Assembly: GCF_018350175.1 (NCBI RefSeq)
Contig: NC_058368.1
Span: 134,170,001-134,234,000 of the forward strand
Origin: Felis catus
Taxonomy: Eukaryota
Direction of reading: 5' to 3'
DNA length: 64,000 bases
A program made the translations under genes and the position numbers. Below, one piece after another: positions 12,671 to 26,786 of the stretch. The stretch's first letter is position 1; each line of letters starts with the position of its first letter. Below the pieces are notes generated by a model, which saw only the letters and a list, made by a program, of their open reading frames with translations, searched no databases and was not told where the DNA came from.

Positions 12671-14699
12671 TACACAGTGGTCTGGGAAGATAAATACTTT
12701 CCCTCATTTTTCTGAATGAAGCCAACGGTGCTCAGAAAAATAAAGTAAGTTGTGAACACTCACACAGCTACTAGGAGGTGGAAACAAATACCCCAGGAAC
12801 CTTTTCTAGTCAGAATAGAAAAGAGACAGGCTGATATTTCCAAAATGGTCTTGCAGATAAATAATATGTTATTGCATTATCTTTCCTAACATTTGGATTA
12901 ATTTATAAAGAGGTTACTTAGGAACGGGCAATGTCTTAACCTGAGGAAATGTGTTTTTGATGGAATCTCAGACGCACTGGCAGGGTCTGCTGGGTGTTGT
13001 CTTGGCGCCAGGGGACAGCTATGCCTCTGGTCCTGTGATGAGGCCATGTGCTGGCATCTTCCTAGGAACTCTGAAAGAATAGATTGTTGGCCAAGCTCAC
13101 TTTAATATAAAATATGCTTTTGTGGCATTCTGGCCCTGGCTCAGTGGAACTTTTTAAAGTTTCTTTCATTCAACTTTGGAAAGAAGATTTGATGTGAGCA
13201 TTTAGTAGACACCCTCTTTGCTATGTCTGATCTGCTAGTTAAGCTGTTTCTGTATAGGAAAAGGGGAATATGGTGGGTCATTTAATAAGTCTTTTGGAAA
13301 TAGGAGAATTGAGGGCCAAAGTCAAGAACAGTTAAGTTCTTAGAAATGAAGAAACATTATAGATCTCTAATTTTATAGATAATTTTATAAAATGATCTAA
13401 TTATAAAAGTTTTCATAAGTCTATTAAATTTTCCCTAGAAGTATAACCAAGGATTATACAGTCTGTTATTTTAATAGTTATAGATTAATAACCCCTTCCC
13501 TCTGGTATCTTTTCTTGCATAAAGAGATACTTAAATAAAGAGCTCTAAACTCAGTATGTATGTCCACATATACTCTTTAGAAAACTAATTGTTTATTCCA
13601 CTGTAGAAAAGATGTCAAGGACAGCAATGCAATTTCAACTGAGTAAATTCTACTATAGCCAATCAGTTGAAATGACGGCTAATCATCCCTGAAGTTGAAA
13701 ACTGTTTTATGGTAAGAAGAAGAAGGTAAAGACATCATTGTAAAAACTGAGGGCTATGAAACCTCAGAACCTTGTCTCAAGTATATCTGTAAACATTATA
13801 AAACTGTTCTGCCATTGTTTCAGCCATTGGCTCTCTACAGGTTTTGTTCCAGCCGGCAGAAGTGGGTGGGACAAGCCACGCTATTACTTTACCATTTGGG
13901 GTCAGGGCAGGTGGTGGACAAAGGTAAAGTCCTAAGTCAAAATGCAAATACCATGGTGGAGCCAAGCCAAACATTAGTTGTAGGGAGAAAAGTCATCACA
14001 AATTTCACCACTATCCTCTGGTCAGTAATGTTATTAAAGTCACAGGAGAAGAGGTAGAAAAGAAGAGAATAGGTCTGTTAGTATAGTAGTTTCTTTCTTT
14101 GTCAATCTCTTTTCTTTTTCTTGCTTTTTCTTAGTTTTTCTCTCTTTTTCCCGTTACTCTTTCTTCCATTTCCCCACCTTGGATTTCACCCACTTGGCCC
14201 TGGCTTCCTTGGGAGGCTCTCTCTTTGAAATTTATTATCCACCTGTGGTCAGAGCCTCGCCATTAACTGTTTCCCCTTCTCTGAGTCACTCTCATCCTTT
14301 TTTATACTCTTGGAATCTCTTCCTCCAGCTGAACTCAGGAAGTTATACAGTTCTGAGTGAAGAAAATTTGGGCCTGGGTGGGACTTGAGCAGGAGGTAAG
14401 GGGAAGGTCATGGGTTGAACTCCTTCGCTAATTCCTCTTCTGTCCTCTGTTCGCTTGACGTATCTGAGGCTCCAAAGTCAATTAAGTCCTTACAGAGTAG
14501 AGTGGGTGTCTTTGCAGGAAAATGGAGGAGGTAGGAAACTGCATTGAACAATGATAGGAGAGATTGTATACCACTGGTGCGATATTAACAGTGATTTAGA
14601 TCTTATTTAAACTTTTTAACTCATTGATTTTAGTTAAGTTAAATTCATTCAAGTTAAGTTTATTTTCGTTTTCCAGTTTTGCCTCAGAGCATATTTTTA

Positions 14700-14975
14700 A
14701 AACAGAAAAAATAGCCTCATGTTATACTGTTACGTGAAAATGAGGATTCTGCATTATGTATATAATCTAGCTACAAATACTTTAAAAAACTCTGGCAGAG
14801 AAATAAAGCTAGAAAGAAATATATGAACCCATTAAGAGCACCTGCGCTTGGATGGTGGGTCTAATGCTTATTTTGATTTTGTTATTGATCGGATATTTTT
14901 ATTCTCATTTTGGTCTCGTATCATCTGATTTTGCTCAAATGCATGTGTTTTACTTTTAGAATAGAAAATACAAAG
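14700..14975 (+). mobile_element. Very old L1ME-like 3' end
   Basis: AGAAAGAAATATATGAACCCATTAAGAG...GGATGGTGGG...ATGCATGTGTTTTACTTTTAGAATAGAAAA pattern. Confidence 0.45.
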
Positions 14976-16386
14976 CATATTTCACTAAAATTTCCCTTCT
15001 TTTCATTTTAATTAATGACAAGAGTTACAAATATATATATGTATTTAATTAAAATATTGTATATAAGTTGTAATTTTACTCCTTGTTTTCTTATGTAAAA
15101 GCATTGTGGAGCAGTGTAAAACCAGTAATAGACCAGAATTGGGCAATTCAAACCTCAGTTCCAATGTGCCCCCAGTCATCTAGGTGACCCTGGGAGGCAG
15201 GTTCCTCTCCCTGCCCACGGTTGATCCTGAGAAGATTGGGCCAGCTGATGCCTTCTGGTCCCTTCTGCCTCTAGAATACCCTTGCAGTATCTTCCCTGGC
15301 TTTATAATTTCCCTGGTGTCTCTCCCGCCACTCTTTTCTCTAAGAGGATATGGTGACAGTGGTCCAAGGTGGTGTAGCCTTGGAAATTTTGGCAGCATAT
15401 GAGAATTTTCTTTTTTAGCATAAACAACATTACATATGAGACTCAGTTTTTGTGACATTTATGCGTCTGTGGTGTGACTGTATTTTTTGCTCATGCATAT
15501 AGCACCATTCTACTTCTGTTTTCCAACTCAAGAACCAAAGATATTTTAAAGTTTAGCAATATGTTCTTAAAGAAATTCTTTTTATAGCCCAGCTATAAAA
15601 TAATTAACCATGAATGGAAACAGTACTGTTATACATTCACTGCTGCTTCCAGGGAGACACTGGATGGGATTACACAGTCTTGGTGGTGGGCTATTTTCTC
15701 AACTCCTAATCCAAGCCACTAGTCAGCATGGTTGAAAGAACATCCTGGTACAACCTTGATGAGGTCCTTTTGGATTTTTGATGCTCTCTTGGCCTTATCT
15801 GATTAGTCCATTTGGCCACCGCTGACATATGTGGATATACACTTATTAAAAGTACAGAAGTTACAAACTGTGTAGTGGAAGAATGACTGGAATTGTAGAG
15901 TGAGTTGGTTTGCATTATCTGTAAGAAAAAGAGTTCCCTCCAGGGAAGACTCGGTCAGGCCAGGGATAGCAGGACAAATAAATAATAATGTTACAGATGA
16001 TGGTAATAGTAGTAGCTAACACTTAGCACTTACCATCTTCCTGGCATTAAAAAAATTTTTTTTTAAGGTTTTAACTCATTCACATCTGACTCTAGAAGCT
16101 GTGCTCTTAGTCACCTGACTCTTTCCTCTCTACTAGTCAGTATTTGGAAATCTCTGCAGAATCCAGATTTGAGTCAGGACCCTGCCAAGCTTCATGGATT
16201 ATGTATGCTCCTCACTTTCCATTCTCTGTTTCTGAGGTGTTGGCTTGCTGTGTCTCTGCTTATAGGCCACATGGCATCATCACCCTCCTAATCATATATT
16301 GGCTGGGTCTGTAGGTAGAGGTGTAGAAAAAAATCTAACTTGAGGCACATGTATGGGCTCCAAACTTTGAGGATAAACAATAAAGC

Positions 16387-16486
<100 letters not shown>

Positions 16487-16975
16487 ATACATCTACATAT
16501 ATATATAGAATGCCTACCTAAGAGTAGGGGAACTTGGGTCTAATTTCAGATACCCTCCAAGGGAGGAGACTGTGACAAGACTCTGATCTGGTCAGAGTTT
16601 GAGGGATTGAGCCTTATAACTGCATATTTAAAAAGGTTTCCCCAAATAATTTTGGCATTCATCCTGGGTTTGAGAATTCCTAAACTAGAGCTTGGAGAAT
16701 GTAGAAAATTCTAAGATAACAAAGAGTATGAATCATCACTGTCTGTCGATTAGATAAGGTGATAGAGTACATTGACAGCCAAATCCTGGGGGGCAAGAGG
16801 GAAAAATCAGGATCTAGAGCTGATTTACCCTTTAACTCCTGTACTTAAAGATAGGGTGAATAGCAATATCACGTGATTATATCCTCCCCTAACACCCTCC
16901 CATGGGTTGTAGTCTGATGAACTTGGACAGGAGGCCTGAGGAGCCAAGAAAGATTTCTCAGAGGAGGTGATTTTA

Positions 16976-17065
16976 TTTATTTTCATTTTTTTATTTTTTC
17001 ATATTAAATATAATTTGTCAAATTGGTTTCCATACAACACACAGTGCTCATCCCAACAAGTGCCA
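16976..17065 (-). mobile_element. Extremely 5'-truncated felid L1 (last ~70 nt of the 3' UTR plus A tail)
   Basis: Reverse complement GGCACTTGTTGGGATGAGCACTGTGTGTTGTATGGAAACCAATTTGACAA matches the 3' end of the L1 at 39719-39785. TSD AGGAGGTGATTTTA at 16962-16975 and 17066-17079. Confidence 0.9.
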
Positions 17066-17398
17066 AGGAGGTGATTTTAGATAGAAGGCCTATCTAAATA
17101 AGATACCTAAACACATTGGGTTCTTATTCACCCCCAAATCTTTGAGGATTTTAGAGCCAGAACATAAAGAAATTTATTTGGGAAAAAATTAAAACCATTC
17201 AGTTAACAGCTCATTTTATTCTATCTGATCAGGATTCCACCCATAGATAGTGAAACCACTTCCTTCACCTCACTGCCCCACCCTAAACCTGGCCTCTTTG
17301 TGTTTCCCTCTTTCTGTGTAGATCCAATCCCTTCAGTTGAGAACATATGACTAGAAACTAAAGTAGAAATTTTACATGTCAGTATATTTCTATGTATC

Positions 17399-17490
17399 TT
17401 TTAAAAAAATATTTATGTATTTATTTTTGGGAGAGAGAGAGAGAGAGAGAGCACAGGCAGGGAAGGGGCAGAAGGAGGGAGACACAGAGG
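17399..17490 (-). mobile_element. 5'-truncated CanSINE (tail and CT region only)
   Basis: TTTATTTTTGGGAGAGAGAG...GGGGCAGAAGGAGGGAGACACAGA. No TSD seen. Confidence 0.8.
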
Positions 17491-17827
17491 GTAACATAAT
17501 TCCCATTTGGACTTTCAGAGTTGTCATGTCTCCTGAACATGTCTACCCAATTCTATTGCCACTACACTTGGGTTAATTCAGGCCCTGTTAACTCTGGATA
17601 ATAGCAGTAGTCACTTTGCAGGCTTCCCTGCTTCCCAGCTTACTCACTTCTTATCAAACATCTGGGTGTCCTCAAGCCTTTTTTTTTTTTTTATGACATA
17701 TCATTGACATATAATATTAAATCTTTTTCAAGCTCTTTGGTGTACCCATCTCCATGCAGGTTGTGGTAAGGAGTCTCAGATGACAAAGAGATTCTAGAGT
17801 CTGAGAGCATCACCAACATCATCTGAA

Positions 17828-18066
17828 ACATTTATTAAAGGTTTTTCTGTCTGCCAAGAATTAGGTTATAAACTTTACATGAATGAATTCTTTAAGTTCT
17901 CATAGCATCTTGCTGACACCAGTTCTGTGATTACCCCTGTTTTAGGCGCAAAGAGGCTTAGGCACTAAAAGAGTAAGTGGCTTGTTCCAGTTTTTCTAAT
18001 TAACATGTGGCAACGCTCAAATCTGGATGTAAGCCATCTGACTCCAAAGCCTGTGTTCTTCACCAC
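17828..18066 (-). mobile_element. MIR
   Basis: AACATTTATT...ACTTTACATG...CCATCTGACTCCAAAGCCTGTGTTCTT. Confidence 0.6.
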
Positions 18067-19017
18067 CTTCGTCCCCTGGCCTTTCAGTGTAGCTCTTGAT
18101 GGCAGTGAGTGGAAGAGCAAGTCCATTTGGGAGGTTTAATATTTTTTTCAGTCCTTAATGGCTACTGCACTTTGTCAGATTTTTCAGAAGTTAGTGTTTT
18201 GCTTCTCTTGAAGGAGTTCTGTTTGGCAGTTATTTTGAAGTCGAAGTATCTGGAACACCAATATGCTTTTTCTTTCGGAACAAGGTAACCAAGAGTAGCT
18301 GAGTTGTCAGACAAATCCACAGTATATTTAAGCCACGAGATAGCTTAAATATGCCCGTTTGCCATAAAAGTTAAAGAAAAACAACAATGCTCTCACAATA
18401 TTAGTGAACTGAGAAAGCCAAATGTTCGATTTTATGTTTAGATGATTGTTTTAAGGGAAAGGAGGAAGAAGAAATAGAAACTTGGAGAAGATGTTAGATT
18501 TATGAATTCTTTCAGGGGCTTTGGAGGTAGATGCTCATTGTATCTAATTGCACTTAAAACTTAAAGGTTTTCCTTTTGTTTGATGCAGTTGTGCTAGTAA
18601 TGTTTTGTTATATCTAGGACCCTGAAACAACAAGAACTTTTTGTTGTTGTTTGCATCTGAAGAGAAAATGAGAGATTTTGCTGAAGTAATCAGGCAAGAG
18701 TTAGAAAGAAAAGGAGAAGAGGAAAGGACTTATAGAGAATATACATGCTTGTTTGGTGAAGAGGGACCATTTGAGCTGTAATTAGCTTAAAAAATAGGAG
18801 TAGGTAGTGTAAATGCCTTCCAAGTGAGAAGATGATTGTGAGGAAAAGATTCTGTGTGACACAGTCCCTTCTGCCATCAACAGTGGCACCATTGACTCAA
18901 ATCAATATGGCAGATGAAAGGAGGAATAAACTGTGCAACCCGCTGCTGAAACCTGGTGTGCCCTGAAGGAATTTGTAATTTAACATGTTCTTTGTATTTC
19001 TCTGATGGATTAGGCAT

Positions 19018-19237
19018 GGGCCCCTGCATGGCTCAGTTGGTTAAGCCTCAGACTTCGGCTCAGGTCATGATCTCATGGTTGGTTTGTTTGAGCCGCGTAT
19101 CGGGCTCTGTGCTGAGAGCTCAGAGCCTGGAGCCTGCTTCAGATTCTGTGTCTCCCTCTCTCTCTGACCCTCCACCACTCACATTCTGTCTCTGTCTCTC
19201 AAAAATGAATAAAAATGTTAAAAAAAAATTTTTGTAA
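19018..19237 (+). mobile_element. CanSINE (SINEC_Fc2-like)
   Basis: Typical body and tail. TSD ATGGATTAG(G/C)CATG at 19005-19018 and 19238-19251. Confidence 0.93.
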
Positions 19238-20742
19238 ATGGATTAGCCATGATTTTGAGAAAATGGCAGTAGAACTGTTGCATAGAACACAAAAACAAAT
19301 GCATTGTGTGATTATCGTTGTTGTTTTCTACGAGGACTATTTCCCTCCTCTTTTCTCTGTGTTTGGTGGCACTGCCAGTGGTACCTACAGGCCCTCTTCT
19401 AAGTCTAGTTGTTCCCGAGTTCTCATTATGAAGGATGTAAGGAGCGTTGCAAGAGTGGCTTCAAATAATCTGCTTTAGTTGTGGCGAACCAAGCTCGCTG
19501 AGTTATTTACGCTCAGCACTGTTCCTCTTCTCTTTTCCTATATCTTGTTTCTTTGTTTCATGACACCATTAGTCACAGGGATGGACACATGTGTTTTAGC
19601 CACCGCATCAGAAAGCTTGTCTCCTTTTTATCTCTAGAGTTGAAGTTTCAGCTCAACCTTGGCTTTAGTGAGAAGGAAGTCCTGGATTGGACATTGCTAA
19701 GGGACTGGGAAATATGGCTCTTTTCAAAACATGTCACCATGTCATTAATTAAACACTAAAGTAAGTGCCTTAAACTGAATCGGTTCAAAGAGAACTCTTC
19801 TCCCCTGACTACTCCCATATAAAATAAACATGATTTAAATCTTGCTGAAAATTTCTCAGGGCGCCAATCTTAATAGTTAGAATCCGAAATAATAATATAA
19901 CTTTTCTCCTATTTGTGAAAGGAGAAATAATAGACTTGAAAAATCAGATTATTTTCGCTTGCATTACTTAGCTAATGATATCAGCATACTCGATTTAAGA
20001 TATTTACTGATTTTAGGTGTTTGTCATATAAAGCTTTATAAGTCCTGCTTATGTGATTCCCTTTGAAATTAGTCCTGGAAACGATTTGTTCTTAGAAGAT
20101 GCTGGAACGAGCTCTAACAGGGAAATCATTCCCTAGAGGGTCTAAAATATGACTTGTCTAAAGGTCTTGGAGAAGTTAGAAATACCACGGGATCCTATCT
20201 GTTTCTCCGTTTCTACTTAGAACTGTAGCTCTGAAATCTTCCAATGAAATTCTCCAGTTGCGTCACCCAACTCCAATCAGTGGATGCAAAGCTCTTCCTC
20301 CTGATTTCTGAATTTGTAGGTCCCATGGGAACTGAAACTGGTGATTTCTTTCTACCGAGTAACAGTTTACAAAGGCTCCTTGTGAAATTTTGTCAAAGTA
20401 AAATTTCAGAAAAGTGCCTTCGATCTTTTTCCTGGGATAGAGCCGGGAAAAAAGCGACTAGGTTCACAGTCCTTTTGCTGGAGAAATATTCAAACACCCT
20501 AATTCCACATTGATGTTCCTGAAAGTTTTTAATGCAAGAATCTAGAAAAATACTACATACACATGCACACATTTCCTACCCCACCTCCTTTTTTTTAGTC
20601 AAGACAGGATTGAAGATTTTTAATCCTCAGTAGTGAAATCCTTACTAGTGAAAGTAAAATTAATGAAGACAGTTTTTCTCTTTCCTTTTCTACTTGCAAC
20701 CATCCTAGTGAGTAGGTATAGAAATAAAAGTTTAGTCACCCA

Positions 20743-20940
20743 GGGGTGCCTGGGTGACTCTGTCGGTTAAGTGTCTGACTTCAGCTCAGGTCATGATCTT
20801 GTGGTTCAAGAGTTCATGCCCTATGTAGGGCTCAGTGCTGACAGCTCAGAGCCTGGAGCCTGCTTCAGATTCTTTGTCTCCCTCTCTCTCTCTGCCCATC
20901 CCCCCCACTTCTCAAAAATAAACATTAAAAGCATTTAAAA
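20743..20940 (+). mobile_element. CanSINE
   Basis: GGGGTGCCTGGGTGACTC head. TSD TTTAGTCAC(C/T)CA at 20731-20742 and 20945-20956. Confidence 0.93.
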
Positions 20941-21488
20941 AAACTTTAGTCACTCATAAGAGAAAGTTTATCTTTAAAAATCTCTCCAATAATAATTATT
21001 TAATCATACTTCACTGCTTTCCACTAAATGTTCCATTTAGTATTCACTGAGAAGTCACTTAAAAATACTTTGTGCTATGTGGGGGGACCTTCATCATAGA
21101 GTTAAAGAGGTTCTGGTGGATTGGATGTATGTCCTGCTCACATACGGTACATCCAGGTACAGGAACAATAGGTTGTGTTTTGGCAGATGGCTCAGTGGGG
21201 ACACATTTGATTAGTAGTATCACATTACTTTTTTCAAAGAAAAGTAGAAATAACACAAGCTGAGTGTAAATTAGCAGAGATGGAAGGGTACAGAGGAAGG
21301 GCTGTATACTAAGATTCAGTATGGTTCCTAGAAATACCAGAATGATCCAACATCTCTGAACCTCTTGTTTCAGCTATAACATGCAGATGACTATTTACTG
21401 TGAAAATTAAATGAGATAGTCTATAAAAGTGTTTGGCAGACTATAACATCCTGTATAATTTCAGCATGCCTTGTAATGTCATGACTTC

Positions 21489-21632
21489 TTTTTTTTTGAG
21501 ATATAATTGGCATATAACATTATATTAGTTTCAAATGCATAACATAGTGATTTGATATTTGTATGCAGTATGAAATGCTACTACAATAAGTCTGATTAAT
21601 ATCCATCACCATACATACTTACAAATTTTATT
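21489..21632 (-). mobile_element. Short L1 3'-end fragment (L1MA9/L1_Carn-like)
   Basis: Poly-T followed by GAGATATAATTGGCATATAACATTATATTAGTTTC...AATATCCATCACC. Confidence 0.7.
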
Positions 21633-22004
21633 CTATGACTTTTTCAACTTTGGTCAATACCAATATCTGTAAGAAACTGTGTGGAAAAAATAAACTTTTA
21701 TGTGAATAATTATAGGTTTGTGGAATTGAAGCCTGAAATGTGGGACCATGTTTCTAAGGATAACCTACAGCAGCCATGTTGACTACCCCACTCTCTCTCC
21801 AGATGGAAGTACCAAAGACACTTCCATCCACGAGATGAGGCTGTAGCTTGACTGTGCCATTTATTATCTGTGCGATCTGAGGCTAATTACTTCTCTGAGG
21901 TTTTATTCCTTTCCAGTAGGTGTCATGATCCGTGTCTCTCAGGGTTGTTTTGTGAATTGGAAAGGACCCCAATGCATCTAAGTGTATAATGCTTGGCAGA
22001 GGGA

Positions 22005-22250
22005 CATAGTGATAATTTATACATGTAGGTCTTACTATACGTATCAGGATGGTGGCTGAACACATTAAGGACGTTAACTCATTAAATCCTCACAGTATCC
22101 CAATGGTATAATAATATTTGATCTCCTTTTTATAGGTGAGAAAACAGAGGTAAAGATTAAGTAAGTTAGTGAGCATCAGTAAGTGTCAGAATCAAGCTTT
22201 AAATTCAGGGAAGGCTGTCTGTGTCTGTGTGCTCAAACATCACACTGCCC
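22005..22250 (-). mobile_element. MIR
   Basis: TCATTAAATCCTCACAG...TTTATAGGTGAGAAAACAGAGG...TTAAGTAA core. Confidence 0.65.
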
Positions 22251-24656
22251 TATCTCTCAACAGGAAAGGTCTTTTCTATTAAGGAATCCAAGTCTTTGAT
22301 TTGAATTTGTGGATTACTTGCAACTTCCTTGCATACAGGATAACTTGAATTCTACAGAAACTTGTTTGAGAAAACTTTTTTCCTCAAATAGTTTCTTATG
22401 AATGGTATAATTTTGGGGTAGTAATAAGATTCAGTGGATTCAGTGTATGCATATTTTCAAATACTTATATTTTGTTTTTTACATATACAAACCGAGAGAA
22501 GCAAAATGTATTTGCATTACTTGCCAACACTGTGCCTATATTAGCATATTCTTAATTATCTATTTTCTTGTAAATTTCTTAAGTACTATATTATTTAATG
22601 ATTTGAAATAAAAGTTAATAAGTGTTTTTGTACATTTGCAAAAATAGATTGGTATTAGAGGAATTTGGTGGTGTGACTTGCGGCAACTCCCATAAATTTT
22701 CTGCGTTTTGCTACGCTTCTAACCTGAAAAGTATTAAAAATAATCCCTCTTGTGTTTGCTGTGAGAATCAGATGAGAACACTGATGTAAATAGCCTTGGC
22801 GAGCTCTCAAGTGTGATCTAAATGCAAGGATTGTGATTGGTATCAGGAGAGTTCCAGGATTTCATGTGATTGCTCACTCAAGTGCCTGGAGAGCTAGGAT
22901 GTGAAATCTGCACTTCTCACTCCGAAACCTTGGCCAGTCATCTGAGATATCACCTCATTGGCAATACATGGGGCTGAGACCGCATTGCATTGCTTAAGTG
23001 AGTCCCAAGGGAGGTGTTGACTCATCAAGGAGATGGTCTCTCTGAATCAGATAAGAGCTGGCCTGGTTGCCTTCCACGGTTCCCAACTCTGAGAATTTAG
23101 AAACCTAAAACAGGAAAAGCTCTTCTGTAGCTTAACTGAGCTTGAAAGTGAGAACTTCGAGGTGATTTAGTATTAGCATTTTATGATAGAGTATTTGCAG
23201 AGGAAACCCAATGTGATCAATCCCAGTGTTTTGAGCAGGCTCCGCTTTTTCCACAGGAAATCATTTTCATTTTAGCCGTAGGAACTGGTACTCTTTATTT
23301 CCTCATCCATATGTTTGTGTCTGGAAATGTCTTGAGCTCCTCAAGCCCACCAGATCATCCTGACCCCTCCCACTTATACCCCTGAAGCATGCTCTTACCC
23401 TTCTCTTTACAGTACCTCCAGTGTCTCAACCTTTCTCCTTCTCTTATTTGTTCTCCTTTCTTACATTCTCCCTGCCCTCATCTCCCAGTACTCCCTCCTC
23501 TGTGTCTTTTGCTGGCTTTTAATTGTGTGTATCCAAACACATTGAAAATTAAGGGCAACACCTTGACCATTTTTCCTTTCAGTACTAAACTGTACCTGGG
23601 TGAGTGGGAGAGTTGGGGAAGGGAGGGATGAGCCTGTGATCAGAGACCAGCCCTTTTGTCTAGAACAAACAACTTTCTCTTTTAAACAAGGGCAGCTTCC
23701 TGCTCTGGGCCCCTTTGGAAGAGCCCTTTCCCATCATGCCTTGCCCTTTTCTCCCAGAGCAGTTGTGGCTTTCCTTCTTCCACCCTTTGCGGCTGTGCCC
23801 TGGCAGTCCTTCAGTCCTTTCTGCTCCCTTCTCTGAGGCATCGGTGCTGGCTGCACTGCTCTCCCTGTGCCTTTCCAAATTCTTCACACTTCTGCTGCCA
23901 GTTTTGGAACGATTCATGATCTCTGCATCCAAAATATTAGTTCTAGAAAAAGATCTCCCTGGTTTCCTGGTCTCATTTGGCTGAGGTGTTCACCATGCTA
24001 AGCCAGAGAGTGGGGCAGAAGCAAAGTTGAGATTGTTGCTGGATCTTAGCCTGCTTCACTCGTCAGTTGTCATGTTTCCTGAGGTTTCCCAGCCTGATGT
24101 GAAAGTCATGGTCTGAAATAAAAATGTTCTCTTTTAGTTATTCTGTTCATTTTGCATTCAAAATAAAGCAAATGTGTGCTATTATTTATTTTACGATATT
24201 GTTGCTTTCAGCTAAAATTTGCATTAATGGTGTTTGAGAAATCCATATTCTTCATTTGGCCTCATCAAATTATTTTGTGTCATTGGTCTTTTTCACTTTC
24301 CTTTGGATACTTAATATCGTGTTGGCTCTTGGTGTGGTTAGAAAAGTTGTTTTCCCAGATTAAAGTCTGCCTTTCTTTGCTTTGCTGTGTCATTCCTAAT
24401 TAAGTCCCCTTTCCCCTTACCAAGACCACCCAGAAATATTTCTCCCTCTCAGGTGTTTACAACCTCCAAAATCTTGCACATCATAAATGAAAAACGGCTG
24501 GGTATTTGAACTTTGCACGTACAAATCATTAACAGAGTCAATACAGTGTATGACTTTGATGAATGAAACTGTGTTTTTGACATGACTGTTTGCTCTGATA
24601 AATTTAAATGATTCTTGATCCACTAGTGCTATAGGCTGAACTATCAGACATCCCCT

Positions 24657-24692
24657 AAATGTTTTGGTACTCCCAAATGTTTTGGTACTTCC
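24657..24692. repeat. 18-bp tandem duplication AAATGTTTTGGTACT(C/T)CC x2
   Basis: Read directly, one mismatch. Confidence 0.85.
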
Positions 24693-25129
24693 ATCACATT
24701 TGCTGTAGGACCTGACAATGACGATCGATGCGTGGAATCTGTTATTCAAATTCATGAATTTCTTCTCTGCTTACTTTTTAACAAATGGAAAAGGCACTTC
24801 CACTGAAAATATTTTGGTTAAATGATAGCCTTGTAAATTTCTCATTTAAATGAAGACCTTGGCATATAGGTTTCCTAGAACATCACAGTTTGTTCAGATC
24901 TAGTATGATGGGTCTATAATTAACTTCAATTGAAGAAAAGTAATAAGAGCAAGTTGGCAGAACTACAGAAAATGTGACAGGTAGAGAACAATAAAACCCT
25001 ATCTTCACATAAAATGTAAATACATTTGTTTGAGCACCTAGGTACAGCCTTACTCTTAGTTGCCAATAACTGTTCCAAATTTACTAGGCTTTACAAACAT
25101 TTCTTAGTCCTAGGGCTTCGTGTGGAAAA

Positions 25130-25340
25130 TAATAACAAATTAATCATGGTTTTTAAAATGCTTACTATATGTCAAGTGCTGTATTAAATCCCTACATGTG
25201 TTACCTCGTTTAATTCTCAGAAAAACTCACCGCAGTCGATATTAGTTTCATCCTTATTTTATATCTTTGTGCCTCTGGTTAGAGAGATTAGATAACTCGC
25301 TTAAGTTACATAGGGGATGAAGTAAGAATTTGAGTACATT
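25130..25340 (-). mobile_element. MIR
   Basis: TGCTTACTATATGTCAAGTGCTGT...TTAATTCTCAG...AGAGAGATTAGATAACTCGC. Confidence 0.6.
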
Positions 25341-26786
25341 CTCGTAGGCCTCCCAGCCCTCAAAAGCACTTTGCCAACCTGGAGGAAAACTCACCTTCAG
25401 GGAAGCTAATACCCTCTTGTAGCCAGGGCCCTGTTACCCTGTGGCAGGTGGATTTCTCTTCCTTCTTTCTGTTCTTGTCAAAGATGTTAACCTGGCTCTT
25501 TCAGGGAAGGATGATCTATCCCTTTACAAACCTATCCTAAATACATCTCTTTTTCTTGACCAAACTGGAATTTACCACTTCCCCTTTTGTTACAAAGTCT
25601 TTAATGATCATGTTCTTTTCTTTGGTATCCCAGTGAGGCCCAATCAAATTTCTCCTCTAGCTGTGGGTGAAAGAAAAAGATAGGCAGAAGTCTCCAGTTT
25701 GGGGCAGCAGTTAGTCTGAGATAGGTCAGAGTCATAAAAGAGAGGAGACCAACGTAGAGCGGTGAAACAACAGTGCTATTCTTCTACAGTCTGGTTATGT
25801 CAATACTTGGGGCTGAAGGAAAGCCAAGATTTTGGTTGAGCACCCTACTTAAGTTGTTAGTGGAGTGGCTGCAGTCTATAATGTAAAAATCTAAAACACC
25901 AGATTTTTGTTCCGTAAAACTTTGAAAATTATGTCTTATATGGAGTTTTACAGGACCACAAGGATAGAGGAGAGGAGTGGGATCTTTAAATGGGAAAGAA
26001 ACGGAGAGAATTATTGCGCCAAAGTCAACTAACAATTTAAGATTGATTCAGTTGAGGGCAACAGTTATCCATTGGATTAATTTTAGCAAAAAAAGAGAGC
26101 CAGCTTAAGTAGGTTTTTCTTGGTTAATTACCTAATGTTTCAGTCTGTCTCAGGGAAATAAAGTCAGAGATTACTTACACACTGGCAAAGAGAAGAGTTT
26201 TAACTTGACAAAATTCTGGTAATTTACTCATTTTCTGAACAGGTCCAGTAAATGATTTGGAAAACAGTAGAATAAACTGGTGCTTTGTTACATTATCTCC
26301 CACGTGTAGAAATTAAGGAACATTGTATTACTTTGCCTTTGTTCAGTATACCATATGATCTTTTTAAATATAGAAATAGTCAAAACCTATTTTGTTTCTT
26401 TGAAAAACACTCCTAGAATGGAGCTCATTCACACACCCACAAGCCATAAGCTCAAAGTGTTGAAGAAAGTTTCATGCTAGTAAATGTCATGCCAAAACCT
26501 TTGGGTCCATAAAATTAACTACATGTTGATTAGACCATCTTTGGAAAGGTGGAAAGAAGTGTAATTGGTTGGAGCCTCTGTATTACTAACTTATCCTACA
26601 CATGCTACAAGTTTAAAAGTTTTCTTTTACAGATTCCTTTTGGAAACTTCATTAATAAGTGAAAAAGTTTAAGGTTTTGAAGTTAAAAGGACCTAGTTTA
26701 AACTATAGCTTTGTCACTAATTAGTCATGTACCCAAACTCCAGGGGTTCACCACTTGGAGTACATAAAATTGAACACAACCTAACC

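Larger units (their letters stand above)
11840..12785 (-). mobile_element. MIR split in two (~11840-11905 and ~12672-12785) by an L2
   Basis: AGCTAACATGTATAGAACAT...TCTCATTTATGCCTTCAACA, then CCCTCATTTTTCTGAATGAAG...GCTCAGAAAAATAAAGTAAGTTG...CACACAGCTA: consecutive parts of the MIR core in reverse orientation. Confidence 0.6.

Noticed and set aside
18324..18352. 10-bp inverted repeat ATATTTAAGC/GCTTAAATAT
   Set aside because: A short AT-rich stem of this size is plausible by chance in 64 kb.
24417..24755. 112-aa minus-strand ORF with GSTKTF repeat
   Set aside because: The repeat comes from an 18-bp DNA tandem duplication. No recognisable homology.
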